DNA from: Mytilus edulis
Taxonomy: Eukaryota
DNA length: 64,000 nucleotides
Assembly (NCBI RefSeq): GCF_963676685.1
Contig: NC_092354.1
Span: 74,462,001-74,526,000 of the forward strand
Direction: 5' to 3'
The translations under genes were made by a program, and so were the position numbers. This document shows, piece by piece, positions 12,701 through 26,500 of this stretch (within the stretch, counting starts at the first letter, position 1; every line of letters starts with the position of its first letter). The notes below the pieces were generated by a model. The model was not told the DNA's origin. It made no database searches and worked only from the letters and a program-made list of their open reading frames with translations.

Positions 12701-15700
12701 TGTGATACTGTTTTTCCAATGATATTCGATAACATTTGGTGTGGTTTCAACTATAATTCATTGAAACTAAAGCCTACGAATACAAAAACTTGCTTGAACA
12801 TTAAATAAATTACATGCTTTGCTAGTGATCAGGATATGATGTTTCGAATGTAATTTCTAAATGCCAATATGAGCACTTCGCACATTAGGGAATTATGCAT
12901 CGAATTTTCTTGGAGGTTTTAATTCAAATAGTGAACCAACTATTAGTTAACAATAGTAACAATAATAGTCTTATGCTATTATGCAACAATAAAGTTTACT
13001 TCTTTATTTTGTCAACTTGAAAATAAGTTAAATAGAGAAACTCAATCGTTAAGCCAGAGACATCAAATGAAATCGGGGGAACACTGAGAGTGACCCAGGA
13101 TGGCTTGTAGATTTGTCATGACTTTCACTTTAAATCGCATGTGCACGTTTTAACTGTTTTGATAAGAGGTGTCATTACATTTGTAGAAAAACAATAACAA
13201 AACACTATTGATGAACAAAAGACAGAGTTTTGCATCATGACAGTTATGCAAATAAACTCATATAACAAGATATAAAGAGTGTCGACTTTTTACGTTTACA
13301 AGATGAGACCAACCGTGCTCGCAGTTTTATATTTGTTGGTTTTCTTTTAGACAGAATTCACGTCACAGGATTGATTTTAATATTTTTCTAAGTTAAGACC
13401 TGCAATACATTGTAACTTATACAGTGATGGGCATGGTAATTATTATTCATTTTATCTATAATAATACATGTATCCTTTCACGAATGTATAGTGTCTGTGC
13501 TGTGTAGTTTTTAAACAGTGATTGAGATATCACTGATGTTGAAACACGTACTACATGTATTGGTGAAGGCGATATTATAAACTTTTGTTGCTAATTTCTA
13601 TGTCATATACTCTCTGGTAAGAAATAGTGTCACTGCAATCATACCACATCTTTTTATTATTGTATAACAAAAACAAATGGGGAATACGATTTAAAACACT
13701 TTTATTTCATCAACAATATTAAATTCTATAATTCAGTATTCCTATAATGAAGACTTCCATCAGCTTTGAACAGAATAGTTTCGAGAAAATCGAGGAATTT
13801 CTCATTATAAAGTATTTTATTATTGTTGCATATTCAATTTAATAGTTCAATTATGTTTTAGTTATCTTCAACTTCACAGAATCTAAAAATGCTAATTATT
13901 TTAACGTCTTAGTCTCGGATGTTTGTAATTGATTTTGAAATATATCAATGTAATGTAATGCTGTAGCATGCAGTTAAGTAACTATAACTGATAAATGATT
14001 AATCAATGATTGCTTGATTGGTTTATCAAGTATGTTGAAGATGTTCCAATATACCGATAACCTTTTAGAATAGCATGTATTCATTATTACTGGTTGGATA
14101 TAACATCGTGAACATAACATTTAAACAACTGTAGCGGAAATTAAGTTTAGATTTGTTAAGCGATAAATGTGTAGCTGCATCAGTTAGTGATTTGATGGTC
14201 GCAAATTCAGTTCACTTGAAAGGCGGTAGCGGAGGAATTAAACGGGTATTCGCAACCATAAAATCACTATTTGATACCATATGAGCTTAACATAAAAAAA
14301 AATATTGTTATCTCAATTTTAATGAAACTTATAGATAAGAGCGTCAAATTGAACATTTTTAATCCTGCATATAATGTCTGCGCTTGCGCATACGTTTTCA
14401 TATCATCAATTGTGAATTTTATTCATGAAAATTGATGACGTTTTCTAATCAAAACGAACGTTACAAACAATATTACATTATAATCATTGAATACAACTGA
14501 TAAAAGCAAAACAGATCATGTTCTTCTCTCAAAGTTATTCTCACTCCTAAACGTTGAAACGCTCAAATTGTCAACAGTTACTACAGTACTAATATGTTCG
14601 TTTTTAATACACATTTTATGTGGTTATAGTATGTGCTAAATAGTTCATACTCCACAATATATTTAAAAGTAACCATGATATGTTTTCATTTCAAGTCAAA
14701 ATATGTGTTTTGTAATTTCAAATCTTGCGGACTCACTGATATTTCCTAATTTTGAAAATTACATTCAAGACTGCGAACATACGGATTATTGTTTAGATAA
14801 GTGTATCACACGACAATAACGTAAGATTTGTCGTCTTTGCTGAAGTGTTTACACGCATGTTTTGCATCTTTTACGTTTAATCGTTATCTCAAGATAACAA
14901 TAATATTACAAAAAAAAAAGGAAATCAAATTGTTAGTCAGTAATCAATAAAGTACTCACCGTATTCCATCTTGAGCGTTTCTGAAAAAAAATTGAAAAAT
15001 TTAAATTTATTTCATACCGATTATTATAAGGCATTTGACATTTGACATTTGGGTTGATTACTTTTAGTTTCGTTAAAATTCATTGAGAGTAAAGTTGAAG
15101 AATATGAACTTACATGACACTTATACGTCATGTGCATTTCAGAAAAGAGTTGTAAATGACCAAATAATTCATTGCTCAGCTATAGATCAGATTAAATGAT
15201 TTACACCTGTACTCAGCCACGTAAAAATAACTTTATTTGAAGTTTATTTTAAGTATTAAATGAATTAAGAATCGTAAGATTATTTAATTTCATAGATTAT
15301 AAACTTAAAAAATAAATTTTGGAAAACTGAAATAGGTTTCTATATGCTAAAGTTTGTCCTGTGTGCAGAATCAAAAGGTTGAGAAGCGATCGTTTTAAGT
15401 TTGACGGTACATAGTGTAAAAGGGTAAAGTATTTGTAACTGGTTTCTAATAATGTTTCATTGCGTAAATGAAATATAGAGAGTCAACAGAAAGGTACAGA
15501 TATTTTTTTTACACATTTGGTGATAATTTGGTTATAATTTGTAAAGGATGTTTAGTTGTGCGTGATCAGGAGGACTTTAGTTATTTATAATTATAATTGA
15601 TTTCTTATCACCTATCAGTGTCATCAACAGAATTTACAAATGAATTATTGGACACTGCATTGATTCGTTTATCCCAAAACATCTATGTATAGATGGACTT

Positions 15701-16015
15701 GTTTATGATAAGCGAACCGGTTATACCCCGCCCAGTCAAGTGATAAAACATAAAGTAATACATATATGTCCATTTTCTGGATCATAATTTATTCAATTTA
15801 AAATAATGTCGTCAATATAAACATGTAGCTGATTCTTGCCAAATAGTGAAGGTTATATACTTGTATGTGTTTAGGTTAAATAAAACGAACCCTTGTTAAC
15901 TCATAAAGAGAAAACCTTAAACAATATAATTATCTTTTTGTTTTGAATTAAAGAATGGAACTAAGAAGAAGGAGAAAAAAACACCACCAAGTGGGATATT
16001 AGTGTCAAACCAACA

Positions 16016-19000
16016 ATGCTGTCATACTATTTACCTCGTTATTTGCTTGGTTTACTCATTTGGATTTCGTTGCTCAGCTGCAGATCAGGTTTGATGTTGC
16101 AAGTCCGAATTGGAAGTTAGTTATGAAATTTCAACCTTTTTCTGGTCGACATCGGAAGTTATAAAACGGGTTTACCTATTTGCTATAAATAGATGTTACA
16201 ATTATATTTCAACATGTAAATACCTTTTAAAAAAATAACATTACAATCAACAAAAAATTAACTGAATGGGTTTTGTTTTTACACATAATACATCTTTATC
16301 CGGATGTATGAATCATGATTTGAAAAGTATTCTTATAACTGTTTGTAGAAGTTTGTTTAATTCTACATGAAAAAACATAACTTATGCTGATGAAATAAAA
16401 TCATTATAAAAACAACTGATATAACATTGGCGAAACATTTGTTTTTATCTTCAGTATGGAATCTTTTATTTTGAACATCAGCATAATCAGTTTGGAAGAG
16501 AGTTCTTTTAATTGAAAATCGTACTTCATTTTCTTCTGTTTATATCATAAGCCATTTTTTGGTAATCTTTCTTATTTGCTGTTATCAGATTTATTAAACA
16601 AATGATTGCTTGTGATGAACACCACATATATTTATATATATATGTTGTGGCAACACTTGCTTTATTAGTATAGTTATCTGGAGTGCCGTTAGAGAAAAGG
16701 CGACCTTTAAAAGGAAAACTGGCAAACCTAGGCGTGTGTGTTGACAAGGAAGTACGAAAATACTTGGAACAAAACCCAAGGAATATGACCACAAACAAAA
16801 ACATATAAAAATAATATAAAAAACATTAAGTTTTCAATAAATAATAATTTTCGTAAAATTGTCATTGAATTCTATATCTATAAACAAACTTCTACAAACA
16901 GTCTAAATTTTTCTGGATATGATCGCGATCTTAATAAATTTTAATAAGATTGATTTGTATATGCCTTATAGTGCTAAACTAATTGAACCATGTTCTGAAT
17001 TAAATGTCACTTGATGTCATTTGAAACCAATAATGTAATAACTAAGAGAACCAATGAATCATTCCTATATAACTTACATTTAGGTTACAATAAAGAAAAA
17101 TACCATGTTTAAGTATTAATTGAATTACATTGATACTGCGATATATTATAATCAAATTTACTTAAATTATCGTCTTCATAAATTAAGAAGTTAAACTAAG
17201 TAAATGCGTACATGTAAATTTAAATTAACATGCGTAGTACAAACATAACAGTCAGGTCCTCCGTTTCCTTAAACATTTCCTACCTCGTGGTATACACAGA
17301 TACAAAGTGTGATCTGTATAGTTTAAAACTTAAATAATCTAGTAAAGGCGACTGAAAGGAAACGCAAAATAACTGAAGCTAGAATCGTGTAGAGGAATAT
17401 CAGAGTTTAGTGGGAAAAACATAATTGGTTAGTTGTTTTTTACTATTTTATATCTTTTTGGATGTGTCTTTTAATCAGTGAAACACTCCTTCAATCGCAA
17501 TAAACTGTTTGATTTTCGTCCGAATTTCTTACTTTTCAATAGAAAACTTAACGTGTTAATGGAATGCATTGGAATATCAATATGTATTTGACTTTTTTGA
17601 GCAACTATTATTTTAAGATAAGCATCATTGTACTACACTGTATTAATAACCTACAAACTTCATCATTATTTCAGACTGTCTAATCTGTGATAACATTAAT
17701 GGATAGAAATATAGTGAGTTACTGCTGTCTGTCTGTCATCATCCTGTTGGCATCACAATGTTCTTGTTGTAAGTTTCATTATTTGACGTATAATATAGAT
17801 ACATCATAATTTTAGAAGTTTTTTTCTAACGTTAATAATTCTGCATAGTTATACTAAACGTCATGTTTCTCACATTCAAATAATGTCATCACACAAACCA
17901 TCAGAATTGACTGTTTTTGTGTTTCCGCCAGGTACGTTTTCGTTCACAAAAGACTCATCAGTTATCTTCCAAATAAAAAAAAACGTAAAAAGGGCCAAGC
18001 AAGTACGGATTTGAATAGCACAGGACCGTACAACTATATGGTAAACTATTCCTGAAGTAAGAAAGACTTTTAAACATTTCAAAAATTCAAAGTTGTGTAA
18101 ATGTTCCGGACCATATGAGTATTTGGACCATATGCGTATGGTCATGACCATATGGATATATAATCATATGGTCGAGGTTACTCACACGTTTACTTTAAAT
18201 ACTCTTCATAATGTATGACCCTTCTAGTTTTCATGGCATGTCAAAGGTAATTCATTATATATTTAAAAAGTTAAATTTTTTTTTAACTAATTAAAAGAAT
18301 AAGCAGTTTGATACAATTATTTTTACTCATAATTTGTACGTACAATAAGAAGATGTCAAAATCAAATGCACATATTGTAAAAGGAAGTTTTGTAACTTTT
18401 TACTCAACGTATTTTCCACGTAAATTGTGCATAGTAGACGACAAGGACCATAGTTTATCTAAGTTATCCCGTAAATATGGTGTACTGCAGCCATGTAACG
18501 ATATTGGAGATCTAGAGATTCTTAAAAAACACCATAGACACATCGAAATGACCCAAGACCTCTGTATCACTGCACACAGCTGCAAAGAAATCTAGCTTTT
18601 CACTCGCAAGCAAAATGTGAAACTGAAAATGATCATGCACAATCAAGACATGCAAATGCAGAAAAGCTATGGTACCGTGTGGAAGTAAATGTCACCCTTA
18701 TCATACGTACAAGAATACAATTAGCGATGAAAACTAATATCAACTGACTGTGGCATCTATATTTAATGTTTATGTAGCCTTTGAATTATAAAATTAATAC
18801 ATTCTCATGTAACCATCAATTTTTTAAGATAAAGTGTATCGTATTATTAAAACGTTTCAAATGCATATTTGAAAAAAATATGGTCCAAATACTCATATGG
18901 TCCGTCCCGTTAATGACCAAATGACCATACGCGTATGGTCGGACCATATTGGTATTCGCATATGGTCATGGCCATACGCGTATGATCCAAATACTCTTAT

Positions 19001-22000
19001 AGTCTGGAACATAAACAGTTAATTTACAATTATAACCATATCAATGATAACTCATGTAAACACAGAGATGCTGGCTTATCCATTTTGCAATTATTTCAGA
19101 GAAAGCATATTTCCCGTCGAACTTCAAATTTCTCTCAGATAAATCTGTCAGTGACAGTAAAATGATAACGATTTTTAAGTTATAATAAAGCGATCGATAG
19201 AAGTAATAATAAAAGTTGCGAAGTAGAAGTAGTCTGGGTACTGTTTCATAAGTTACGAGTTTTATTGTTGATAAAAATAGAGTAACACAAATATAATGTG
19301 TTTGTTAGAAAGGATTTTAACGGCTGACCGTGATTGGACTAGAATAAGATTGATGTAACTTCACAATTTAAGCTATCATCGAACGATAGGCATCAAGGGC
19401 ACGCTATTCTTTGAAAGTAAAATAACACTTTATATAAGTTGGATGATATCCCTTTTCTATAAATTTCTAATTTCCTGCATGTATCGAAAGCATAGATAGT
19501 ATCGTGTTTAATTATAAGGGATAATATACTAATAAAGGTGACATTTTCACGCCTTTTAATACGACACCGGACTCGAACTTCTCTTGAACTGAATTTTAAT
19601 GTGCATATTGTTATGCGTTTACTTTTCTACATTTGCTAGAGGTATAGGGGAGGGTTGAGATCTCATTAACATGTTTCACAACGCCGCATCTTTGCACCTG
19701 TCCTAAGTGTGGAGCCTCTGGCCTTTATTAGTCTTGTATTATTTTTATTTTAGTTTCTTGTGTACAATTTAGAGTTAAGTATGGCGTTTATTATCACTGA
19801 ATTAGTATAAAGATTTGTTTAGGGGCCAGCTAAAGGACGGCTCCGGGTGCGGGAATTTCTCGCTGCATTGAAGACCTGTTGGTGACCTGCTGCTGTTGTT
19901 TGTTCTATGGTCGGGTGGTTGTCTCTTTAACACATTCCGCATTTCCATTCTCAATTTTATATGAACAGCCGCGTGTATAATACAGAACTCAAGGGTGCAT
20001 CTGTACTTGTAGACAAATATGACATGTAACATACTTGTCTTCCTTCGTTACAAACCCGCATGTAATCGGCGAATGATATTTTTTAACAGGTGAACATAGA
20101 GTATAGTCTGACAGGTGAACATAGAGTATATTTTGACAGGTGAACATAGAGTATTATTTAACAGGTGAACAAAGAGTATATTTTAACAGGTGAACATAGA
20201 GTATATTTTAACAGGTGAACATAGAGTATATTTTGACAAACAATAGTCGACCTAAGATAATAACATTTAACACATCTTTAATAACACTTAACATTGACAT
20301 GCATTAAGATATCTCTGCTCTGATACTGGAACAAAGCATTTTGAATACCAAGTTATAGAAATGATAAATCAATTTCGTATAAACTACCAATATTACCAAT
20401 GTTAGTTAACCGATCGGGCGGACCTTATGTTTTAATTTGCATAAGGACAGTCTATTTGAAGATGTGTGTGATAAGGATGATTGTCGTTATAACTGTTATT
20501 GAATTATAATCACCTATCATTGACACCAAAGCATATACAAAAGAAACGAGTGTATGATATGGTACGAATAACTGAACAGTTCATTGATGAGTTTATCCCA
20601 AAACTCCTGTCTATAGATGGACTGATCTTAACTAAGCGAACTTCTTTAACCCCGTCAAGTAAAGTGAAATAAATCTAGTGATACAATATACATGAAATTT
20701 TAAATTGTCTTTTAAGACCACAACTTCCAAAAACCTGAATATGCATTTGATTTAGACAATGCAGGAAATGCAATTGAAGGCTTTGTTGATTCCGGAGTAA
20801 AAGAAGGATCTAAAGTTCATGTTAAACCTGTTGAAGGCTACCAGTTCTTAGAAGACGGAGAGGTAGTGGAATACCTACAAGTAAAAGTTCGATCAGGAAA
20901 CTTTACTGGGGTAGGTTTTGTTTCTAATGTTAAGTTATATCAGTGAAATATTGATATAACACTCGGTTATGAATCTGGGGCAATTCACTTATAGAATGGT
21001 ACAGTACCACTAAAGCTAACCTTTAAACCAAAATTGTAAAGTTGTTGCACAGAGCCAAATCAACACAGACAAAAATCAACTGAAAAATGACCACTTGAAA
21101 CCCAAAACATTAAGAAAAAGAAACTTTAAAAGCTGTTAATCGTAAATCAAAAAACAAACCTCTGGAAAAAAAAACTATTGTAATGGAGACTTTGGTTACT
21201 TCAATTTATTACCAAAGAGGAATCCAGGTAATTGATGTCTTGAAAATCACTTAAAGACAGCAATAGATGTATTCTAAATTTAAATGGATTTGCTGAAATT
21301 TTCCTTGCAGGATGAAGAATATGTATTAGAAAACACCAACGCATTCAGAGTAAATGAAAAGGGTTACATCATAGTGAATAACACCGAAGCATTCAACCAC
21401 TTTAAGGTTATTGAATTTTATGTAAGTATTGTAAATATGCCAAAGAGAAAAAAACTATTTATTGATGCAGGAAAAGCATGTATAAAGTGGACATATTCTT
21501 ACATAAACAATGAAAAAATTATCCTAGAAAACGGCTCTGCGCAAAACGAAATCAAATTTAAACCAGTTTAAACATAAGTAGTTTACATGCTATGGTACTA
21601 AATGATAACAAATAGTTAGAGAAAAAACTACATAACATTTTTAGTTGAAAACGTCCAGCAAACATGTTAATTGGCGATATTTATCTATCTATCTATAGTA
21701 AATAAGGAGATTTGGTATGATTATCAATGAAACAACGTTTCTGAACTAAATGAAAATAATTACAACGAAAAAACAAAAAGATAAAAATATTATAAAAAAA
21801 CCAAACAAACACAAATGATATATATATATATATATAATATATAGCAACGATCGACAACCATTGAGTTGTAGGCTTTTTTAATTGGACAGATTAATACAGA
21901 AGGAGGTGGATTAAACATACTTTTAATGGGACAGATTAATACAGAAGGAGGTGGATTAAACATACTTTTGACCGACCAATCCTTAATTGACCTTTGATAT

Positions 22001-22207
22001 TTGTTTTTGTATATTTTTGTTTTTAAATACCTGTAAATTATATATATATAGACGTATTCCCTATCAATGATCAAAAAGAAAAAAAAAGGTTACTCCTTCA
22101 AGAGAAAACATTGTTATACTGTAACTTTGTTATTTATACAGGTTGTAATGTTCAGACTTGCTGATGTAGTCTCGGATCCAGTACCGTTTATTGTTGGGGT
22201 CATTTAA
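16016..22207 (+). CDS. Secreted ~147-aa protein with one atypical cadherin-like (beta-sandwich) domain
   Basis: Phase-compatible exons: 16016-16088 (MLSYYLPRYLLGLLIWISLLSCRS, signal peptide), 20717-20910 (HNFQKPEYAFDL...GVKEGSKVHV...), 21311-21421 (DEEYVLENTNAFRVNEKGYIIVNN...IEFY) and 22142-22207 (VVMFRLADVVSDPVPFIVGVI*). All junctions are GT-AG; 444 nt in total with no internal stop. Confidence 0.7.
16338..16902. mobile_element. MITE-like element with perfect 22-bp terminal inverted repeats
   Basis: ACTGTTTGTAGAAGTTTGTTTA (16338-16359) and TAAACAAACTTCTACAAACAGT (16881-16902). TSD unclear. Confidence 0.65.
18102..19011 (+). mobile_element. Non-autonomous Ginger2/TDD-like DNA transposon
   Basis: TIRs TGTTCCGGACCATATGAGTATTTGG... 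and ...CCAAATACTCTTATAGTCTGGAACA; 4-bp TSD TAAA (18098-18101 and 19012-19015). The internal decayed frame VSLHTAAKK...*N*K*SCTIKTCKCRKAMVPCGSKCHP resembles the Cys-rich C-terminus of Ginger2/KRAB-A2-like integrases. Confidence 0.7.
20078..20238. repeat. 25-bp minisatellite x6
   Basis: ACAGGTGAACATAGAGTATATTTT(A/G) starting at 20086, 20111, 20136, 20161, 20186 and 20211. Confidence 0.95.
21876..21970. repeat. 45-bp direct repeat x2
   Basis: GGACAGATTAATACAGAAGGAGGTGGATTAAACATACTTTT is duplicated. Confidence 0.9.
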
Positions 22208-23027
22208 ACAATTAAACCATTTATTTTTTATCTTAAATCAAAATATGTGTTTTGAATGTAATACACTTTGACCTTAACTCAAAGTTTGTTACCAATATTA
22301 TGTCATTGGTATTTATTCATCCATTACAGTCAACAAACACACGAGAAATTCACATTTATTTTACAGGTACTAGTAATATTAAATTCTGTTTAACAGCAAT
22401 GTTCTTATAAAAAAGAAGATGTGGTATTATTGTCCATGCGATAACTCTCCATAAGACACTAAAATAACACTAAAATTAACAGCTTTAGGTCACTATACGG
22501 CCCTCAAACATGAACAAAGCATGCACCGCATAGTCGGCTATAAAATTAAAAGGCCCCGAAATGACAAATGTAAAACAGAGTTGTTTTTAATTTTATGTAG
22601 GTGTTTTTCCTGTTTTTGTTGGGTGGTCGACAAAAAGTCTTCGAAATCAAAGGACATCTTTATGACGAAGCTGTCATACAAATTTACATATAAATGAATT
22701 TGTATTGTCTAATTATGTGTTTCGTCTTGACAAGTAACGTTGTTAACTTACTCCTTCAATCACATCTTAACGATTAATGGACGAATTATTGATGGTTGTT
22801 TGGATCCGTTTGGCTAGTCAGAATGCGGACGTTAAATTATTTTTTCGGGAAAATGGGTGCTACGATATATGCACGTTGAATAGCATATCAGCAACTCTTT
22901 AAGCTTACTAAGGCGGACTTGACTGTTTCGGGGCTACACTTAGCCCTTCCCGTCTTTGGGTTTTCTTTTCATGGTTATGTATGGATGAAATTGTTTGTCT
23001 TCATATCTTGATATTTTCTTGCAAAAC

Positions 23028-23340
23028 TTTACGACAAAAGAGATGAATTCAGCTTTTCATTTCGTTATTCCAATGCTTTTATATCCTATCATGATTTTCT
23101 TGATAGAGGGTTGCTGCTCACAAGGAAGCTATTAAACCAAAGTGTTCCAAAGTTGAAATCATCCCTTCGTAAATTTTAGGGATGCCATCACGAGTTGGTT
23201 GACAGTTATGGAATAACCTTTCCACAGATGATATCGGATATGTTCCTCACGTCGTAATTACATTCCCCTTCCCTTTATGATTGTGACCTACCGAATTAGG
23301 GTATTTACTGGATTTGTTATAACATGATCAACAGGATGGG
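23028..23340 (+). mobile_element. Penelope-like retroelement RT C-terminal remnant
   Basis: Fragmented frames YDKRDEFSF / IRYSNAFISYHDFLDRGLLLTRKLLNQ / KLKSSLRKF*GCHHELVDSYG resemble the C-terminal RT region of Penelope-like elements. Confidence 0.7.
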
Positions 23341-23577
23341 TGCCACATGTGGAGCAGAATCACCCCTAGTTTTTGCTGGTGTTCCTGTTGCTTTTCTTTA
23401 GTTTTATATGTTGTGTCATGGGTACAATTATTTGTCTGTTTGTCTTTTTCATTTTCGACCGTGGCGTATTCGGTTTATTTTCGATTTATGAGTTTGACTT
23501 TCCCTAAGGAATCTTTCGTCCCTATTTTAAGTACAATTCATGTAAATGTCTATGCAAGCTTATTTTCAATTTTATTT

Positions 23578-26500
23578 TCAACCAATGATGTTGCCGCCTG
23601 TATTCATCTCTTCTTCCTCACATATGAATAAATCATGGTCGTCGCAGTCCACATCATGCCATCGATAATGATCGTTTGCATAAAGAAAAACGCAGTGCTC
23701 ATCGTTGCCTTGATGATCTGGCTGATTATCACCCCAATTTGTAAAGTTAGGTTTTGTAGCGCTTTGCACCCATTCCCATTCATCAAGAGCCGCCTCGTCA
23801 GTTAGGCCAATGAAATAATTATAATTGTTGTCTATGAAAAATAAAAATAAATTTCTTTAAGCAAAATAAAAGGTGTTATATTTACTGAATCAGTAGTGAT
23901 ATTTATCTATAAATCGGATATTCAAGACACCAACCAAGAATAATAAACAATGCAAAGAAGATGATTTGTGTACTGTGACCACATCGCTTCGTTTATCGAA
24001 AACAAAAAGTTGTAGAGCATGTTTAATTTTTGGAAAGGAATTCATATTACTATTAAGTCAAACGTATTTAACACATATTTGATGATTTCAAGTATCTTCA
24101 CGAATTGTTAGGGTGTGGGTTGATAAATATTATACCATAGCCGTGCACTTAACTTGATGTATTCATTTTCCAAATTGGTTAAAAACACGTTTTAGTTTAA
24201 GAACGATTACCTTAGCTGTATTTGGCACAACTTTTTGGAATTTTGGGTCCTCAATGCTTTTCAACTTTGTACTTGTTTGGCTTTTTAACTATTTGGATGT
24301 GAGCGTCACTGATTAGTTTTGTGTAGACGAAACGCGCGTCTGGCGTATTGAATTATGATCCTGGTACCTTTGATAACGGTTTTACTGATTTAATTAAGGA
24401 ATTCAAGTCATAATTTGAGGTATGAAATATATTAAATTGAACTACCCGAAGAAAACTCTGTAAATCAAACAATATTTAATTCGTATATTAGACTTCCAAT
24501 AAGCAAAATCCCAGTTGCTATGTAGAAATTGGAAAATATTGGTGTCTAGCTACAGACAAGTGCAAGGATAGAATAAGCAAAATACCATTTGCATGCCTCA
24601 ATCGGGCGTTTTCCTGTAAAAATCTGTTTGTCTCAGCATCTTGTATTTCCGCCAAATGTCCACCAAAAACACGGCATCGAAACTGAAATAAGTAATGAGA
24701 CTTTCTCGTTGAATCATATTTGCACTTCAAGTTTTTTAAGTCTTTACTGAACATTTAAAATAGTCTTGATCATGTTATAAAGAGTCTAAGTCACTTTATA
24801 CATATTGTCGTTTGTTAGGTCAAAACTGTTTAAACATATTGAAGGATCCGGATGAAATTTAAAAACAAGGCCTTTAATAGCTGACTATGCGGTATGGGCT
24901 TTGCTAATTGTCGAAGGCGGTACAGGAACCAGTAGTTGTTAAATTCTGTGTCATCTTGGTCTCTTGTGAAAAGCTGTTTTATTTAAAATCATACCACATC
25001 TTCTTTTTTATGTAAAATAAATATTAACCCAACTGTGTACATGACCCACACGCTATATATGGCAACAGGTATACCGTTGTGCGAAAATCATAAATCGATT
25101 GAGAAAAAAAAAACAATTCAGGGTTACAAATTAAAACTAAGGGAAACACAGCAAGTATAAGAAAAGAACAACGTCACAACAGAAATACAACAATAAAATG
25201 TAACACACAGAGAAATGAACTATAATTTAACAATGACTATTTCCTGACTTGGTACAGGAAATTTTAATATATAAAAAAAATGGTGGGTCGAACCTGTTTT
25301 GTATTTTTTTGGCATTCCACACCTCCTGCTTTTATGGCAATGTTACACATGTTAAATATAACATTAAAATGACAGTACATGTATTACATGATAGGACTAC
25401 ATTACTAATAAATAGCATAACATATAGGACAGAGAAACACACGAATAATAGCTAACAAAATGTGCCAGGTTTATTATTTAATACGCTAGACGCGCGTTTC
25501 GTCCATACAAGACCAACCAGTGACGCTCCGATTAAAAAAGTTCGAAAGTCAAAAAAAGTACAAAGCTGACAAGCATTGAGGACCAAAAGTTCCAAAAAAG
25601 TTGTGCCTAATACGGCTAGGAAACATCCCATTTTTGCAAACAGTAAGTCTTTATAAAAGGACTATACAATAGATATAAATGATAACACCGGTGACTAACT
25701 ACAAAATAAAACGGATTGATAGATAACCTACACCAGCATATAAAAATTCACAGCCGCGTTAACCAAATCGATAAACGCACAAATCTAAGTGACGTGACAT
25801 TTCAATTTCTAAAAAGGATAGAATCAGAATAGAATTCAAGATAAGTTTTGTAATGTTGATATAACATTTATCAATAACAGTGAAAATTACAATTCTAATC
25901 AATATCAAATTGTGGTAGTAATTATATAATTGTTTTATAATCTAGCTATGTCGGTATTTCTACTAAATCAAGCTGTAAACCAAATATATCGTATAATGTT
26001 AAAGAAACCAAACTAAAATCTAATAAATGAACTGGATGATTAATTATCTTTACCACAACACACGCGTCGGATTTTAAATATGCTATTTAACAAGGTTGAT
26101 TTAGCAGTCTGCAGAGAGACATGTAACCTTACCCAGACACATCCGAGTCGACCAGTTATTAAGTTTGCTTTTACTATTAAATGTTGCGTGCTTAGCGGAA
26201 AAGCAGCAAATACCAATTGTAAAGTATTTGGTAACCCCAGTAATGTATAATGCACATAAAACGTGCTAAATTGCTAATTCAAACCTTCTTAAACACATGT
26301 TAAAAATAGATTATATCATGAAAATTGCTTTAAAGTCTATACAGGTATTTTATATAGATTATTGTAAGCAGATCTTGTCTATAATTCCTGTCAAGTATTC
26401 ATTAATGTCTCTTTCGACAAAACAGCCGTTTCAAATTGGTAGTGAGGAATTTCTATTGTGAAGCGACAGATTACCACCATTTAATACTTACGAACATGCC

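Larger units (their letters stand above)
476..14980 (-). pseudogene. ROCO-family pseudogene (Roc-COR-death domain-death domain), paralog of the gene at 36566-62588
   Basis: Exons with GT-AG boundaries: 10440-10664 (RILVVGAYEAG[I]TT...STDGI), 8913-9284 (VLDFA*QIVYHATHQTF), 7440-7549 (FVATHKD), 5984-7195 (COR; 1212 nt, same length as in the paralog), 5008-5038, 3734-3993 (death-fold 1), 2119-2146 and 476-789 (death domain 2). A putative upstream microexon lies at 14960-14980. In-frame stops at 9046-9048, 8950-8952, 7010-7012, 6419-6421 and 6389-6391. Confidence 0.9.
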
